Shown here: in pieces, positions 52,728-64,000 of the stretch | How the letters are laid out: each line of letters starts with the position of its first letter | Position numbering within the stretch: the first letter of the stretch is position 1 | Assembly (NCBI GenBank): GCA_010015585.1 | Contig: ML975156.1 | DNA length: 64,000 bases | From: Eremomyces bilateralis CBS 781.70 | Lineage: Eukaryota | Reading direction: 5' to 3' (one strand) | Notes under the pieces: generated by a model | The model's input: the letters and a program-made list of their open reading frames with translations, nothing else | Database searches by the model: none | Told to the model about the DNA's origin: nothing | Translations under genes and position numbers: made by a program

Positions 52728-54449
52728 TCACCAGTAACGCCGCTCATATCCAGGCTCATATGCACGAGCCGGGCTCCTTGGTCGACGCCCCGGGGACGGC
52801 GGCCGGTCGTACGACGGACGCCCGTGCCCGTTCACGTATGGATCGGCATCGTAGCGTCGGGGCGGGGGCCCGCGCGGGTCGTACGCGTCGTCGGGGAACC
52901 GGCCGCGTGGAGGGTAGTCATCGACGGGCGGTCCGCGCATGCGGGGAGGGGAGCGGCCGCCGCCGTAGCGGTCCATGTAGTAGTCGCGAGGGGGCGACCG
53001 GCGGCGGTAGTCGTCGCGGCGGGGGCTGTAGCCGCGGGGTTGACGGCGGTAGTAGTCGTCTTCCCCGGGTGGGCCGCCGCCACGGCGCGGAGGGGAGCGG
53101 GATCGATGGCGTTCGCGAGGACGGTCCTGGGAGATGGTTAATGTGGACTGTGACAGGATCAGACGAGATAAACGGCACGATGCTTACGTCCACGGTGCAG
53201 CGAATGGTTACGCCTTTGAACTCGCGATTGTCCAGACCTTCGATGGCTTTGCGGAGGTCCGCGGCGGTTTCATATTCAACGGAACTGGGAGAGTTAACTC
53301 ATGAAATTGAAGTGGAAAGGATTGAACTCACCCTTTGCCATCGCGGTCACGGCCTACCTCGGAGTAGACAACGTCAAGGCCAGATTGACGGGCGAAATCT
53401 TTAAGGTCCTGTGATCCTGGTGAGTCCGGTGCTATGCGCAGATGACATATCCGAGATGTTTTTCGCTCATATATCGTACACCTCCATAGGAAACGGAAAC
53501 GGAATGGGGGCGGGGAAAGGAACAGTGGCCAATCCATCCAGGTTTAGGAACATTGCCGTAGCCCTCCGATCCCAGAGGAACCGAGGAGCCGAGCAAGTCA
53601 GGACTCAGCCACCCAGACAAGAGGGACAGGAACACAGGAGTGGGCAACTGGGCGACCATATCATCTCCCCACGGCGCGAGAATATCCGGAACAGCCCATT
53701 CGGAAACACATCCGAACCGGAGGAGAGGCCGGAAAAGACCGCTCCAGACGACCCAAGGAAAGGAGGAGGCGGCCAGACAGCGACCAATGAATGCGAACCA
53801 GGAACCAGAGTGTACAGTAGGAATTTAGCTAACCTGCCAGGACGTCTCGGCGGGGAGGTTCGCGATCGCCATGCGATGCGGCGTGCGACGGGGACGGGGA
53901 GCAGTACGCTCGTGAATGGCGTTTTCGTTGCGCGGCCGGGAGCCACGGGCGAATTGAACGACCAGGCGCTCGCCCATGAACTCGGAGCCATCTAGACGGT
54001 GTTAGGACCGCCATTGAGCGGCAGATCAGGTTGGAGGGCTTACGGAATGCTGTAACTTGTTAGATACGATCAAACAAGGTCGCGGCTTGGGTACTCACCA
54101 GGAACGACATCACGCGCATCCATGGGGTCCTTATACTCAATGAAGCCAAACCCATTCATGAGCTTGACCTCGACGATCTCTCCAGTTCCATGGGTCGCGA
54201 AGTGTTCTTCGAGAGTTTGCTTGGTCGCTAGAGCGGAAACAACGGATTAGCTGGGACCCTCCGGAGGCGTGGGAAAGAGATGTTCTGGCCGGGCATCCTC
54301 GCCGATCCAAACCATGTCCCCAACCATGTCGCATGGCGGCGACAGTGGCGAGGCCAGAAGCGCAGTTATCCTCCAGTTGGGTGAGGCATACCGTTCCGCG
54401 GGAGATTCCCGAGATACAGACGGGTCGCAGAGACCTGATCGGTGGCCAT
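52728..54449 (-). CDS. SR-family splicing factor with an RRM and a pseudo-RRM (Srp2/SRSF4-6-like), 6 introns
   Basis: RLYLGNLPRN, GFGFIEY, AFHGSEFMGERLVVQFA, ETSWQ|DLKDFAR; R/P/D/Y-rich tail with RSP dipeptides. Confidence 0.93.
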
Positions 54450-55397
54450 GTTGAAGGTGGGTGTCAAGGTAACGCAGCAAGGCCAGGAAGTGGAGGATGG
54501 AACCAAATAAGGGTCTCGGAGATGGGCCAGGAGATGGGATCTGTGTTAGAAGGCAAGCGGAGATGAAAAAGAAGGAAGTCAATTCACGAGAGATCCCCTT
54601 TGTGATGGAGATGAGTGGTGAAGAAGATGGGGGAATACCGTTGAGATGGACGCTTTGTGTTGGGCATGAGTGTCACACAAGGCTCACTCCTCTCACTTCT
54701 CTCACTTCACTTGGCTTGGGAAACGCCTCACTTTGGCGTTCACCCAATCAAATGCCGACCCAATTATTAAGGCAACAATCCCAGTTATGGCCTTGTGCCT
54801 TGTGCCAGTGCCCTCCTGCCTTGTGACAATCACTGACTCGCAATTAATGCTTTGCGATCATGCCTTGACTCGTGATTGCTGCCTTGCTTACGTTGTAGTT
54901 GGTTGCATGTCAGCATGTGAATTGTCAATTGTCAATTGTGATTTGTGAAGCCTCTGATGACATCAGCTCGCTGTTGATTGGGAGACACAGGAGTATCCCT
55001 CTTTTACCTACTCTGGATTGTTAGGAGGGGAAAACTGAAAGTTCATTTCTCGGGTCTCTTTGTTGAAAAGCAACCATCTTTGATCAACGTTGGATTTCTT
55101 AATACCGTCCGTCCGTCCCCCACAAGTCCATGACTAAAAGCCAACATCTTACGGGCCGAGCGAAAAATATGAGGGACGGCAGCTCGCCGGCCTAACGCGA
55201 AGCTTTCGCTTAACCTCGGGGCATCCCTTCTTAGCACGCCTGGCATGGGCATCCTCACCCGCACGTCATTCGTCAATCGCTCACTCATCGTTCAGAACTT
55301 CAGATATCTCCTTCAAAATCTTCAATTGCCCTTCTCCCCCTTTCTCTTCTCCTTCCCATCCGGCAGATCCCATGAACCCCCCCTCCACACCGCAATA

Positions 55398-57328
55398 ATG
55401 TCGTCGCGCCTTGCCCTTCGCGCCGGCCGGGACCTCGCCACCCTCTCCGCGCGGACGACCAGACGATCCACCCCCTCGCTCCTCACCCGCCACATCTCAA
55501 CCCGCTATGCATTCCCTGCCCTCCGCATCGCTGGCCAACGCCGAGCCTTCTCCCTCACCCCGCGCGCGCGCCTCGCCTCCTCTTCCGACGCCCCCTTCGA
55601 CCCCGCGCAGTTCCAGCGCGAATCGGACCAAGTCGACGTGTGCATCGTGGGCGGCGGGCCGGCGGGGCTGAGCGCGGCGATCCGGTTGAAGCAGCTGGCG
55701 AACGAGGCGGGGAACGAGGAGTTCCGGGTGCTGCTGCTGGAGAAGGCCGGGGAGATCGGGGATCATATCGTGTCGGGGAACGTGATGGAGCCGAGCGCGG
55801 TGGATGAGCTGTTGCCGGATTGGAGGAGTCCCGACAATCCGAACGCGTTCAAGGACATCACACCGGCGAAAGAGGATCGGATGCGGTTTTTGACGAAGAA
55901 GAGGGCCATTCCGCTGCCGGCGCCGCCGCAGATGCATAACACGGGGAATTTCATTATCAGTTTGAATCAGTTTACGAAGTGGTTGGCGGAGCGCGCGGAG
56001 GAGGTTGGCGTCGAGATATACCCCGGGTTCGCGGCATCGGAGGTGCTATACAATCCGGATGGGAACGTCATGGGGGTAGCAACGAACGATCTGGGGATTG
56101 GGCGCGATGGGCAGGCGAAGGATTCGTTCGAGCGGGGCATGGAGTTCCATGCGCGAGTCACTTTGCTGGGGGAAGGGTGTCACGGCAGTCTCACGAAGCA
56201 GGTGATCAAGAAGTATGATTTACGGAGGGACAGTCAACATCAGACGTACGGGCTGGGGATCAAAGAGGTGTGGGAGATCGACCCCGCGAAGTTCGAGCCG
56301 GGCTTGATCGTGCACGGGATGGGGTATCCGCTCCCCTCCGACACCTACGGTGGAAGCTGGATGTACCACTTCGGCGACAACCTCGTCAGCATCGGGCTTG
56401 TCACCGCCCTGGACTATCCGAACCCATGGTTGGCGCCCTACGGCGAGTTCCAGAAGCTGAAGCACCACCCCCTCTTCGCCTCGACCCTCGAAGGCGGCAA
56501 ATGCCTCTCGTACGGCGCGCGAGCCCTCGTCGAGGGCGGATTCCAATCAATACCGCGCTGCGCGTTCCCCGGCGGCGCGCTGATCGGCGATTCCGCCGGG
56601 TTCGTCAACGTGCCGAAGATCAAAGGCACACACACCGCAATGCGGTCAGGGATGCTGGCGGCGGAGTCGACGTTCAACGCGCTGTCGTCCGCCGACAACG
56701 GCGACGTGTTCTTGTATGAGTACGAGGACCGGCTGCGCGAGTCGTCAATCTGGAAGGAGCTGAAGGAGGTGCGCAACATGCGGCCGTCATTCCACACGCC
56801 GTTGGGCATGTACGGCGGGATCATGTACTCGGGGTTGGAGGCGTTCGTGTTGAAAGGCCGAGCGCCGTGGACGCTCAAGCACGGGACGCAGGATCATGCG
56901 GCGACGAAGACGGCGGATCAGTGCAAGAAGATCGAGTACCCCAAACCGGACGGGAAGCTGAGCTTTGATATTATGACGAGCGTGAGCCGGACGGGCACCA
57001 ACCATGAAGAAGATCAGCCGGTTCATTTGCAGGTGAAAGACTGGGATAAGCATACAGCGATGGACTGGCCGAAGTACAAGGGGGTAGAAAATCGATTCTG
57101 TCCGGCGGGTGTGTATGAGTATGTTGAGGATGAGTCGAAACCACATGGTGTGCGGTTCCAGATCAACAGCCAGAAGTAAGTGCTCCTCTGCTTGATTGTC
57201 GCCTATTGTTATGCTCACAATACTGCAGCTGCGTACATTGCAAGACTTGCGACATCAAGGACCCAAGCCAAGACATCAATTGGCAAGTTCCACAAGGAGG
57301 AGAAGGCCCGAAATACTACATGACCTGA
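55398..57328 (+). CDS. CIR2: Mitochondrial electron-transfer flavoprotein:ubiquinone oxidoreductase
   Basis: [45 protein letters not shown]; the last exon reads [13 protein letters not shown]...GPKYYMT*. Confidence 0.96.
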
Positions 57329-59288
57329 GATCGATTGCAATTTTGTAACATGTTTGAGCAGTTATGCAGGCGCGGGAATGTGAGCTTGTATTATTAGAGT
57401 ACTTGCCGTGAGGTGTAAATATGGAAATGTTTGGATCATGTAACAAGCTGGCCTCAACCTGAAGACACCAATACCCAGGCCACACACAGCAGAGTACAAT
57501 TAGATTAGATGGTCTCACCACCAATGGACAATGGCCACTCTCATGACGCGGCGTGCTGGAAGGGAGCTCGTGTCAAAAGTACTCCGTTGCTAAAGCCGAC
57601 TGCGACTGAAACGATCATCTGACAGGTCATGATTGCCTCAGGTACTGAGGCTCCAAAGAGCTTACGACAATGGAGAGCTGAAACCGGTTCGGATGGACAA
57701 CGCCTCCAACGGACAATGAAATGGCTGTGACACTGTAGTAGAAAGTAGCGGACGTCATCCAGAGGTACCTCAACGACAACGGTTGGTGGAAGCAGGGTGA
57801 TGCACGAAAAGCATCGAGACTTGGAGAAGTCGACGAACCGCATCCGGGATATCAAATCGCTCAGAAACCTCCTTTAGGAATTTCCAGATTACCCGAAAAG
57901 GAGAGCGTTCGCATATTACTCCGGATTCATCTCCAGTAATTCCTCTCCAGTACGGGCCAGAATAAGGAGCGGAGCGCTTGCTGTGACGGAAGGGTACGAA
58001 TAGGCGCCGGCTTCATGAACGCCAAACCTCAAACTTGCCTCGGAGTTGGTTCGTCGGACAGAGGAGCCACGATCAATCAATCCGAGCTGGATGTCCGTCA
58101 AGCGGTTACGGGTATGGAATTCAGCGCTTCGGAGTGGAGTCGAGCTTCGGAGTGAGAAACTGAGGATAGGAAGTCCGAGGAGTGAGCATCGTCACGACGG
58201 TCGTTGAGGGTGGGAATCCAGAAGACCTCGAGTTTAAGAACGCGAAAACAACGCGTCTTCCCGTGAACTGCTCAGTGACTCATTCTGCAGGTTCTTGCAT
58301 CCATTGTGAAACATTTGTTTGCTGTCCATCAACCAATCTACGCTGCAAACAAAGTTGCCCAATGAGTCAGAGAGAAGGGCTGCAGATCCGGATCATTACT
58401 CGGCCCGGCCATGGCCCGGTCCACCAATCAGCACGCGTGTGCGCATGGACGATGTTGGGTCTATCAATCGACCATCCGCGTCGCGTCTACAAGCGCCCAG
58501 CCTCAACCTCGACCTTGGTATTGTCCCACCGACGATACCTGACGTCCGCTCCACCTCGAAATTGCCGCCCCGACCTATTGCATATCGCAAACGATGCCCA
58601 AAAATAAGTCATCGTCCACCAAGAGCGGCAAGCAGCGACGGTTTCATCTCAGTAACCGCCCGCTCCAGCGTGTCCCAGCCCAGAACCTCTGCGGTGCTGT
58701 CTATGTCTATCGCCATGGCCCAGCGATGCGTCGCACAGCGGGATATAGCCGCCTCTCGAAACATCCGGAAACATTGAACCCCAAATATAGAAGCGCGACG
58801 TGAACGGTCCAGCGTTGTCTGAGGCTCCACGCGCGACTGTCTGGCAGTTGATCTGGGTTTCATCGTCGTGGAACGGCGAACTTGATACTGCTTTGGGGGG
58901 GAACTCCTCGGGTGAGGTTCACGCTTGATGCCCGTTGCTGCAGGTTCGCTCCACCAATATGGATGGATACGCGTGGATCTGGTTTCAATTTCCCGGAGTT
59001 CATATTAAGCGTGTTCGCCCTTCGCATATGTGCTTCGCCTCTCGATTTTGTTCCTCAGTCTCTGTCTCTATTTCTTGCATCTTGCATATTTTCCTACACG
59101 CGTGTCTATTGCATTTGTGGCGCGGGTCTCCCCTTTCCTTGTCATATCCAACCATACCCAAGGAGCAGGCCTCCGTCCTCTAGACTAATCCTTAACCACC
59201 AAAAGAACGCGCTCAACTAAACCAGTGTGTAAGTCCAATCCATTAATGTCAGTTGGTTCAAGTCTCATTATGTCAGGCGGGCACCACC

Positions 59289-61061
59289 ATGGGCATCTAT
59301 AATATCAACACCCATGTCCGCCAGAACACCCCACCGTATGAAGGTCTCCAGTATGGCAGTGCCGTACCCTATCAGACGTGTGGGAATGTCTATCCGGACT
59401 CTTCCCCCGAATCCGTCCTTTCGCGTCATACCCATATGACCACTCCCGAGCGGTCCCCAATGCGCGTTGTCGGCCAGGCCATTCTCCCACGCATTCGCTG
59501 TCAGGATCAGGTCACGGAACCTTCGGCGCCCGGCCCAATCCGCCACAGAAAATCCGCAAGCGCAAGTTCTCACCCTTCGCTGTATCCGTACACACTTCGG
59601 CGACCGTCATCGATCCACCGTGGCACCAGCCCCCCCAACAGTGACATTGTCTCGCCTTCCTCCGCTGTGTCAACCGCTTCTCTCTTTGAGTCTGCGTTCA
59701 GCTCCGCCCTAAACTCTCCCATCTCTATCACCGGCAATCATCGACGTCGGTCGTCCCTGGCTGTCATGTCACGTGAGCCATCTCAGCAATCCTTCGCCGG
59801 TCGTCCAGGCCACTCTCGCGCTGGTTCAGCGTCAAGTGTGGACGAGGCCGTTCTGAGCCGTTACTCCTATCCGTATCGGACCGAACCCCAATATGTCACT
59901 GCGGCGACATACCCCCCCAACTCGGCCACTCATCTGCCGAGCACAAGCTTTTCCAGCCAGTACAATGCAGATATATTAGCTCCGTTCACCGATACCGCCG
60001 CGGCTGGCACGGAGGCTCCGCAGGAGTCCAATTGCCTCACCAACTACCTCACGTCTACCAATCCCACTCCCATGCTGATCTCCCGCGCGACGCGGAACGA
60101 CATTGGAGCGAAGCACTTCTGGTTCGACGTGCGCAATCTCCGGCGTTGGGATGGCTTCTGTGTCCAGACCATCATGGACCTCCCCACCATCCCCGGCCTT
60201 CTCGCCATCTCACTGAATGCCGACGAATACTTCCCTCTCCCTCCCCGCACCAACCCCACGCCAGAAACCGAGTCGGCGCTCGTGGATATCTGGAAGAACA
60301 CGCTCGCCTTCAAAGTCAACGCGGGCCTGAAGCTCTGCAACAACAATCTCCGCATGCATGCCGTCTCCAACCCCACATCCGGCGCCGTCAATCGCCCGGA
60401 TTTCGTCTCCAATGCCCCGGGTGACATCGAAAAGACTTTCCGTGGCCACACCCGCGGCCGCGTCATTGGAATCGCCAAGAGCTACGAGGAGTGGAATACC
60501 AGCCTGCGCACCGGCAACGCCAACGACCAATGCAAATATCTCAAAGGCCTTGCCCATCTCCACTACCTCCTGCGCGAGAACGGCTGCCGATACGGCTTCA
60601 TCATCACCGAGATCGAGCTCATCTGCGTCCGTGCCGGCGGCCCCGCGAACAACATCCCCACCGACTTATCTGCGTCCACCAACAACGCCGCGGCCACCGG
60701 CGCTGAGGATCCGAACAACTGGCCGATCTACGGCTGGCTCGAGCTCGCCGCGCCGATCAAGCTCGCCACGTCCCACGAGCCGACGGACGTTACCGACGCC
60801 GGTGCGCACCCCCCGATGACGGCCGCGTTGGCACTGTGGTTCCTCAACATGCTCGCCGCGGACCTCGTGCTGCCCGGCCAGCCGTCCTGGCGCATGGAGG
60901 TCGGGGGGCCGGCGGCGTGCTCGCGGAATCGGTGCGAGCCGCGCGACGAGTGGATGCCGAAGGTGTTCACGCAGTTTGAGAAGCGGGCGGCGAAGAAGGC
61001 GAGAAAGTGGGTGTTTCCTGATGAGCCGTTTCAGAGAGGCGAGGCGAAGCGGGAGAAGTAG
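59289..61061 (+). CDS. Uncharacterised fungal protein: Ser-rich disordered N-half and globular C-terminal domain
   Basis: 590-codon single exon with coding-like bias and a CACCATGG start context. The C-terminal domain reads HFWFDVRNL..RPDF..CRYGFIITEIELICVR. Confidence 0.85.
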   Translation: MGIYNINTHVRQNTPPYEGLQYGSAVPYQTCGNVYPDSSPESVLSRHTHMTTPERSPMRVVGQAILPRIRCQDQVTEPSAPGPIRHRKSASASSHPSLYPYTLRRPSSIHRGTSPPNSDIVSPSSAVSTASLFESAFSSALNSPISITGNHRRRSSLAVMSREPSQQSFAGRPGHSRAGSASSVDEAVLSRYSYPYRTEPQYVTAATYPPNSATHLPSTSFSSQYNADILAPFTDTAAAGTEAPQESNCLTNYLTSTNPTPMLISRATRNDIGAKHFWFDVRNLRRWDGFCVQTIMDLPTIPGLLAISLNADEYFPLPPRTNPTPETESALVDIWKNTLAFKVNAGLKLCNNNLRMHAVSNPTSGAVNRPDFVSNAPGDIEKTFRGHTRGRVIGIAKSYEEWNTSLRTGNANDQCKYLKGLAHLHYLLRENGCRYGFIITEIELICVRAGGPANNIPTDLSASTNNAAATGAEDPNNWPIYGWLELAAPIKLATSHEPTDVTDAGAHPPMTAALALWFLNMLAADLVLPGQPSWRMEVGGPAACSRNRCEPRDEWMPKVFTQFEKRAAKKARKWVFPDEPFQRGEAKREK

Positions 61062-61702
61062 GCCGATGAAACTGAAGGGAGTCGAGAGGTGCACTCCATG
61101 CTAGGAGTCGAGGGTAGATGGGAGGCTATCAATCCGTCTGGAACGGACTTGTCGAGCTACGATGGCTCTTGCATTGGAAGGCGTTTGATGTGCATTGATT
61201 TGCATTAGTCTGTTGGCCGAGCTCAGTAATGGGGCTTTCATGCCGCCGAGAAACATTAATACCATAACCACACAGTAGTGTCTTCCAATGATCACCTCGA
61301 TACAGCATCGTGGAGCAATTTGTACGAAATCGCCCATCACGTGAGTTCCTGATGCGAGTCGTCGCGAGTCGTCGCGTCAGGTCGCGTCAGGTCGTGTCCG
61401 CTAGCCGTTTTAGGAAAAAACCAAGCGTAAGGCACTGGAACTTCCTCCTGTGACCTAATCACTTGCACTTTGTCTCCATCCCGATTCATTTACACGTCAA
61501 TATTGTATTAATTTCCGACCTATTGCCCACACTATTCAGAGCTTCTATACCAATTGCCGTGTATCCTAACTTCTTACTCCGGAAGGCTAGTTACCGACTC
61601 TCAATTGCGCTGCGTTAGTCTACCTCCTACAAATCGGTGTTCAAGTCACTAATTCAACTTGACACCCTCTTAGGCATCACAACCCACAACCCAAGCAGCA
61701 TC

Positions 61703-62361
61703 ATGTCTGGCCTCACCGATTACCTCACACAGTCGGACACCAAACGTACAGTACACAATCAACCCTGATTGTCCCTGCGGCTAAAGCAACCTAGGCAAGG
61801 CGGACGAAGAGGATGTCTCCCCCGCCACCAAAAAGGCTCGCACCAGCGACAAGCCCAAGACGCTCCGTCAGCTCCAATCCATGCCGCTCGACGACCTGGC
61901 CGAATACGCCTTTTCGCTCCAGGAACAGCTCGCTGCCCGGCCACCCGCTCCCCCGCCTCTGAGCGATGAGGAGTTGGAAGCGAAGGCGGTACAGCTCATC
62001 GACATCTGCAGGCGGGAGATCAAGAAGCAAATGAAATGGCAGCCGAGTTGCAAGCGGGGGACGACGAAGTGGAGTTACCAGGGGATGGTGCCGAATGAGG
62101 ATGTATTCTACCGCATGGTGCGGATCGAGAAGGGGAATAAGGGGTGGAAGAAGAAGCAGATGCCGATGGCTGACTTTCGGAGGCGGTTTGGGCATGTGGA
62201 AGCGAGTGTAAGTGAATGGATGGTCGTTAGATACCAGAAGCCGTGGCTGACACCAACACTAGATTCGATATGGAACCTTGATGATTACTGGAGACCATGT
62301 CAACGTGCAGTGGGATCCTGAGGAGAAGACATTCAAGCTTAGCGGGACTTATGGCTTATAG
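61703..62361 (+). CDS. Small hypothetical fungal protein (2 introns)
   Basis: MSGLTDYL...EIKKQMKWQPSCKRGTTKWSY...EAS|IRYGTL...FKLSGTYGL*; canonical GT/CTRAY/AG signals. Confidence 0.7.
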
Positions 62362-62683
62362 GCATACGTCTATTATCGATCACTAAGGAGATCATCCGGC
62401 AAAGGCTGCGATAGTTGGGAGACTCCTTCGGATGACGTTGACAGTGGCACAAGACGAATAGGGACGAGTGTATCATTATTACGTAGAGTTTCTCTCTGTC
62501 GATACTGTAATCATATTTAAGAGGGTCGGTTTGAGCCGCTCCTGATTACTCTAAATATAGGTAGTATAAGGATAGCAATCTGATATTGACGTCAACCTGT
62601 GCGAGCAGGGAATTGGATATAAAACTGTAGGAAAACTAAAGCAGAAGAGCAGTAAGTGTACACTTGTCATGCTGGAATGTCCA

Positions 62684-64000
62684 TTACCACGAAAAGCCTT
62701 CAGTGTGAAGGTAAACCTCGGAAGCTCCACGACCAGCAAGCACCCGAGTCTGTGCCAAAGATGCCGCCTCACGGACGTCATGCGTCATACTATCAGGGCC
62801 ACAGACAGCAATTGCAACACTCTCTCCAGCATTTGCTGTCCACTCTTCCAAAAGACCACTCAAATGGGGTCTGCCTTGGGAAACCTGCAACCACTCCCCG
62901 CGAGACTTCGTAGAGGAAACCTTGACATCAATATTCTTTTCATCCAACGATGGTGTTCCGGAGCTTCCGTTTCTGGAGTCGCCAGTAAGATGGATGGCCA
63001 CGCTTAGCGCTTCGGCACCAGGATACCGCTCATGAAGACGGCCAATTTCTTCCACGAACCACTCGCGCACCTCTGGCTTACGCGCCGCGAGAACAACTTG
63101 AATCAGCGTCTTCTTGGCATCTCTTCCCTTCTGGCGCGCCAGAATATCTTCGACGAGTGGAAGAGTAAACCCGGCGCCTGAGCCGCCAGCGATGATCACG
63201 GCTCGGTCGAATTGAGCGAACGATTTCAGCGCGATGCCGCCAAACGGCCCTTCAAGCATAACTGGAATAGAAATTCCCGGCGATTTCTGAGCAATGGCTG
63301 CCAACCGTCCGGTAACGCCCCGGGCAGATTCAATGTAAAAGACCGCTTCGCAGGGACTGGTCCCGTCCTTTGAAGGGGGCAAAGAGCAGATGGTGAAGGG
63401 GTGGGAGGTCAGTGATTGAAGACCAAGGTGACGGAAGCTAATGAATCGGACGAAGAAGTGCTGGCCTGGGTGCCAGGAAAGGCGGAGTGCAGCTCTGGTT
63501 GCGGCACCACCCGATCGCAAGGGGACGACAGCCTTAATCATGCCGCTTGGAAGGGGGGTGAGGACAGCTTTATGGGAGAAGCCGTATAAGAAGAGAGACT
63601 TGAGCTGTGAGTACCAGAGCCCACTGAGGTAGACAGCTCCGGCAGCAATGAAGTAATCCCTAGATGACCGTCAGTCCCAAATCTTTGTAGGTATCAAGTC
63701 CAACTTACACAGAGGTAAGCGTGAAACTGCAGTGGATAAAAAAAAAGACAATAAACACAACTGCGGCAAGGATATGCGTAGCTTTGAAGAACTCGTAGAA
63801 TCGTTTCCGCAGCGGAGCCCAAGAGAAGAACGTCAGATAGGCCTGGGGAATTAGAGCCGCGACGCCGGTCCAGTAATAGAGGTTTGCAGTCCATTGAGCT
63901 CCCAGGTCGCCTTGTGAACGTCGATAAATGATGAAGGGGAACGTATGGATCAGGGCCAAGACAAGCATTGCCCACGCAGAGTACTGATGGAAGACTTGGA
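62684..64000 (-). CDS. Ferric/cupric reductase (FRE/NOX superfamily), 5' part lies outside the window
   Basis: Heme His residues (IHTFPF, YEFFKATH..FIHC), PGQHFFVRF, HPFTI, LEGPFG, IAGGSG, VCGP, LHTEGFSW*. Confidence 0.93.

Noticed and set aside
55245..55397. Upstream in-frame ATG extending ETF-QO
   Set aside because: It spans the pyrimidine-rich promoter tract. A typical mitochondrial presequence starts at 55398.
58182..58777. Overlapping 140-150-aa ORFs upstream of the 59289 gene
   Set aside because: Non-ATG starts and composition without domain features; probably promoter or leader sequence.

Overview
Intron-rich filamentous ascomycete (Pezizomycotina-type) genomic DNA, not prokaryotic. 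It holds about 20 intact genes: PAM16, a LITAF-domain protein, RCC1, a secreted metallophosphoesterase, a Gfo/Idh/MocA oxidoreductase, TFB2, an SGNH hydrolase, HMT1/PRMT1, two GNATs, a Pth11-like receptor, an APC permease, Dicer-like 2, HAC1, a USP deubiquitinase, mitoribosomal bL9, an SR splicing factor, ETF-QO, two uncharacterised proteins and a partial ferric reductase. Interspersed relics are the 3' end of a Fot1/pogo-type DNA transposon, a RIP-like degraded Gypsy pol with a probable LTR, a solo LTR with a 5-bp target-site duplication (TSD), and several pseudogenes including an HAE/PCxxC deaminase. The strongest signals missed by the ORF track are RNA-level: a 23-nt IRE1-type intron in HAC1 that switches between two overlapping reading frames, a candidate unproductive-splicing intron and a 6-nt microexon in the SR gene, and a 1.09-kb intron in a GNAT gene. 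I found no convincing wholly novel multi-gene system. Gene names come from recognising motifs by eye, and exon boundaries were read manually.
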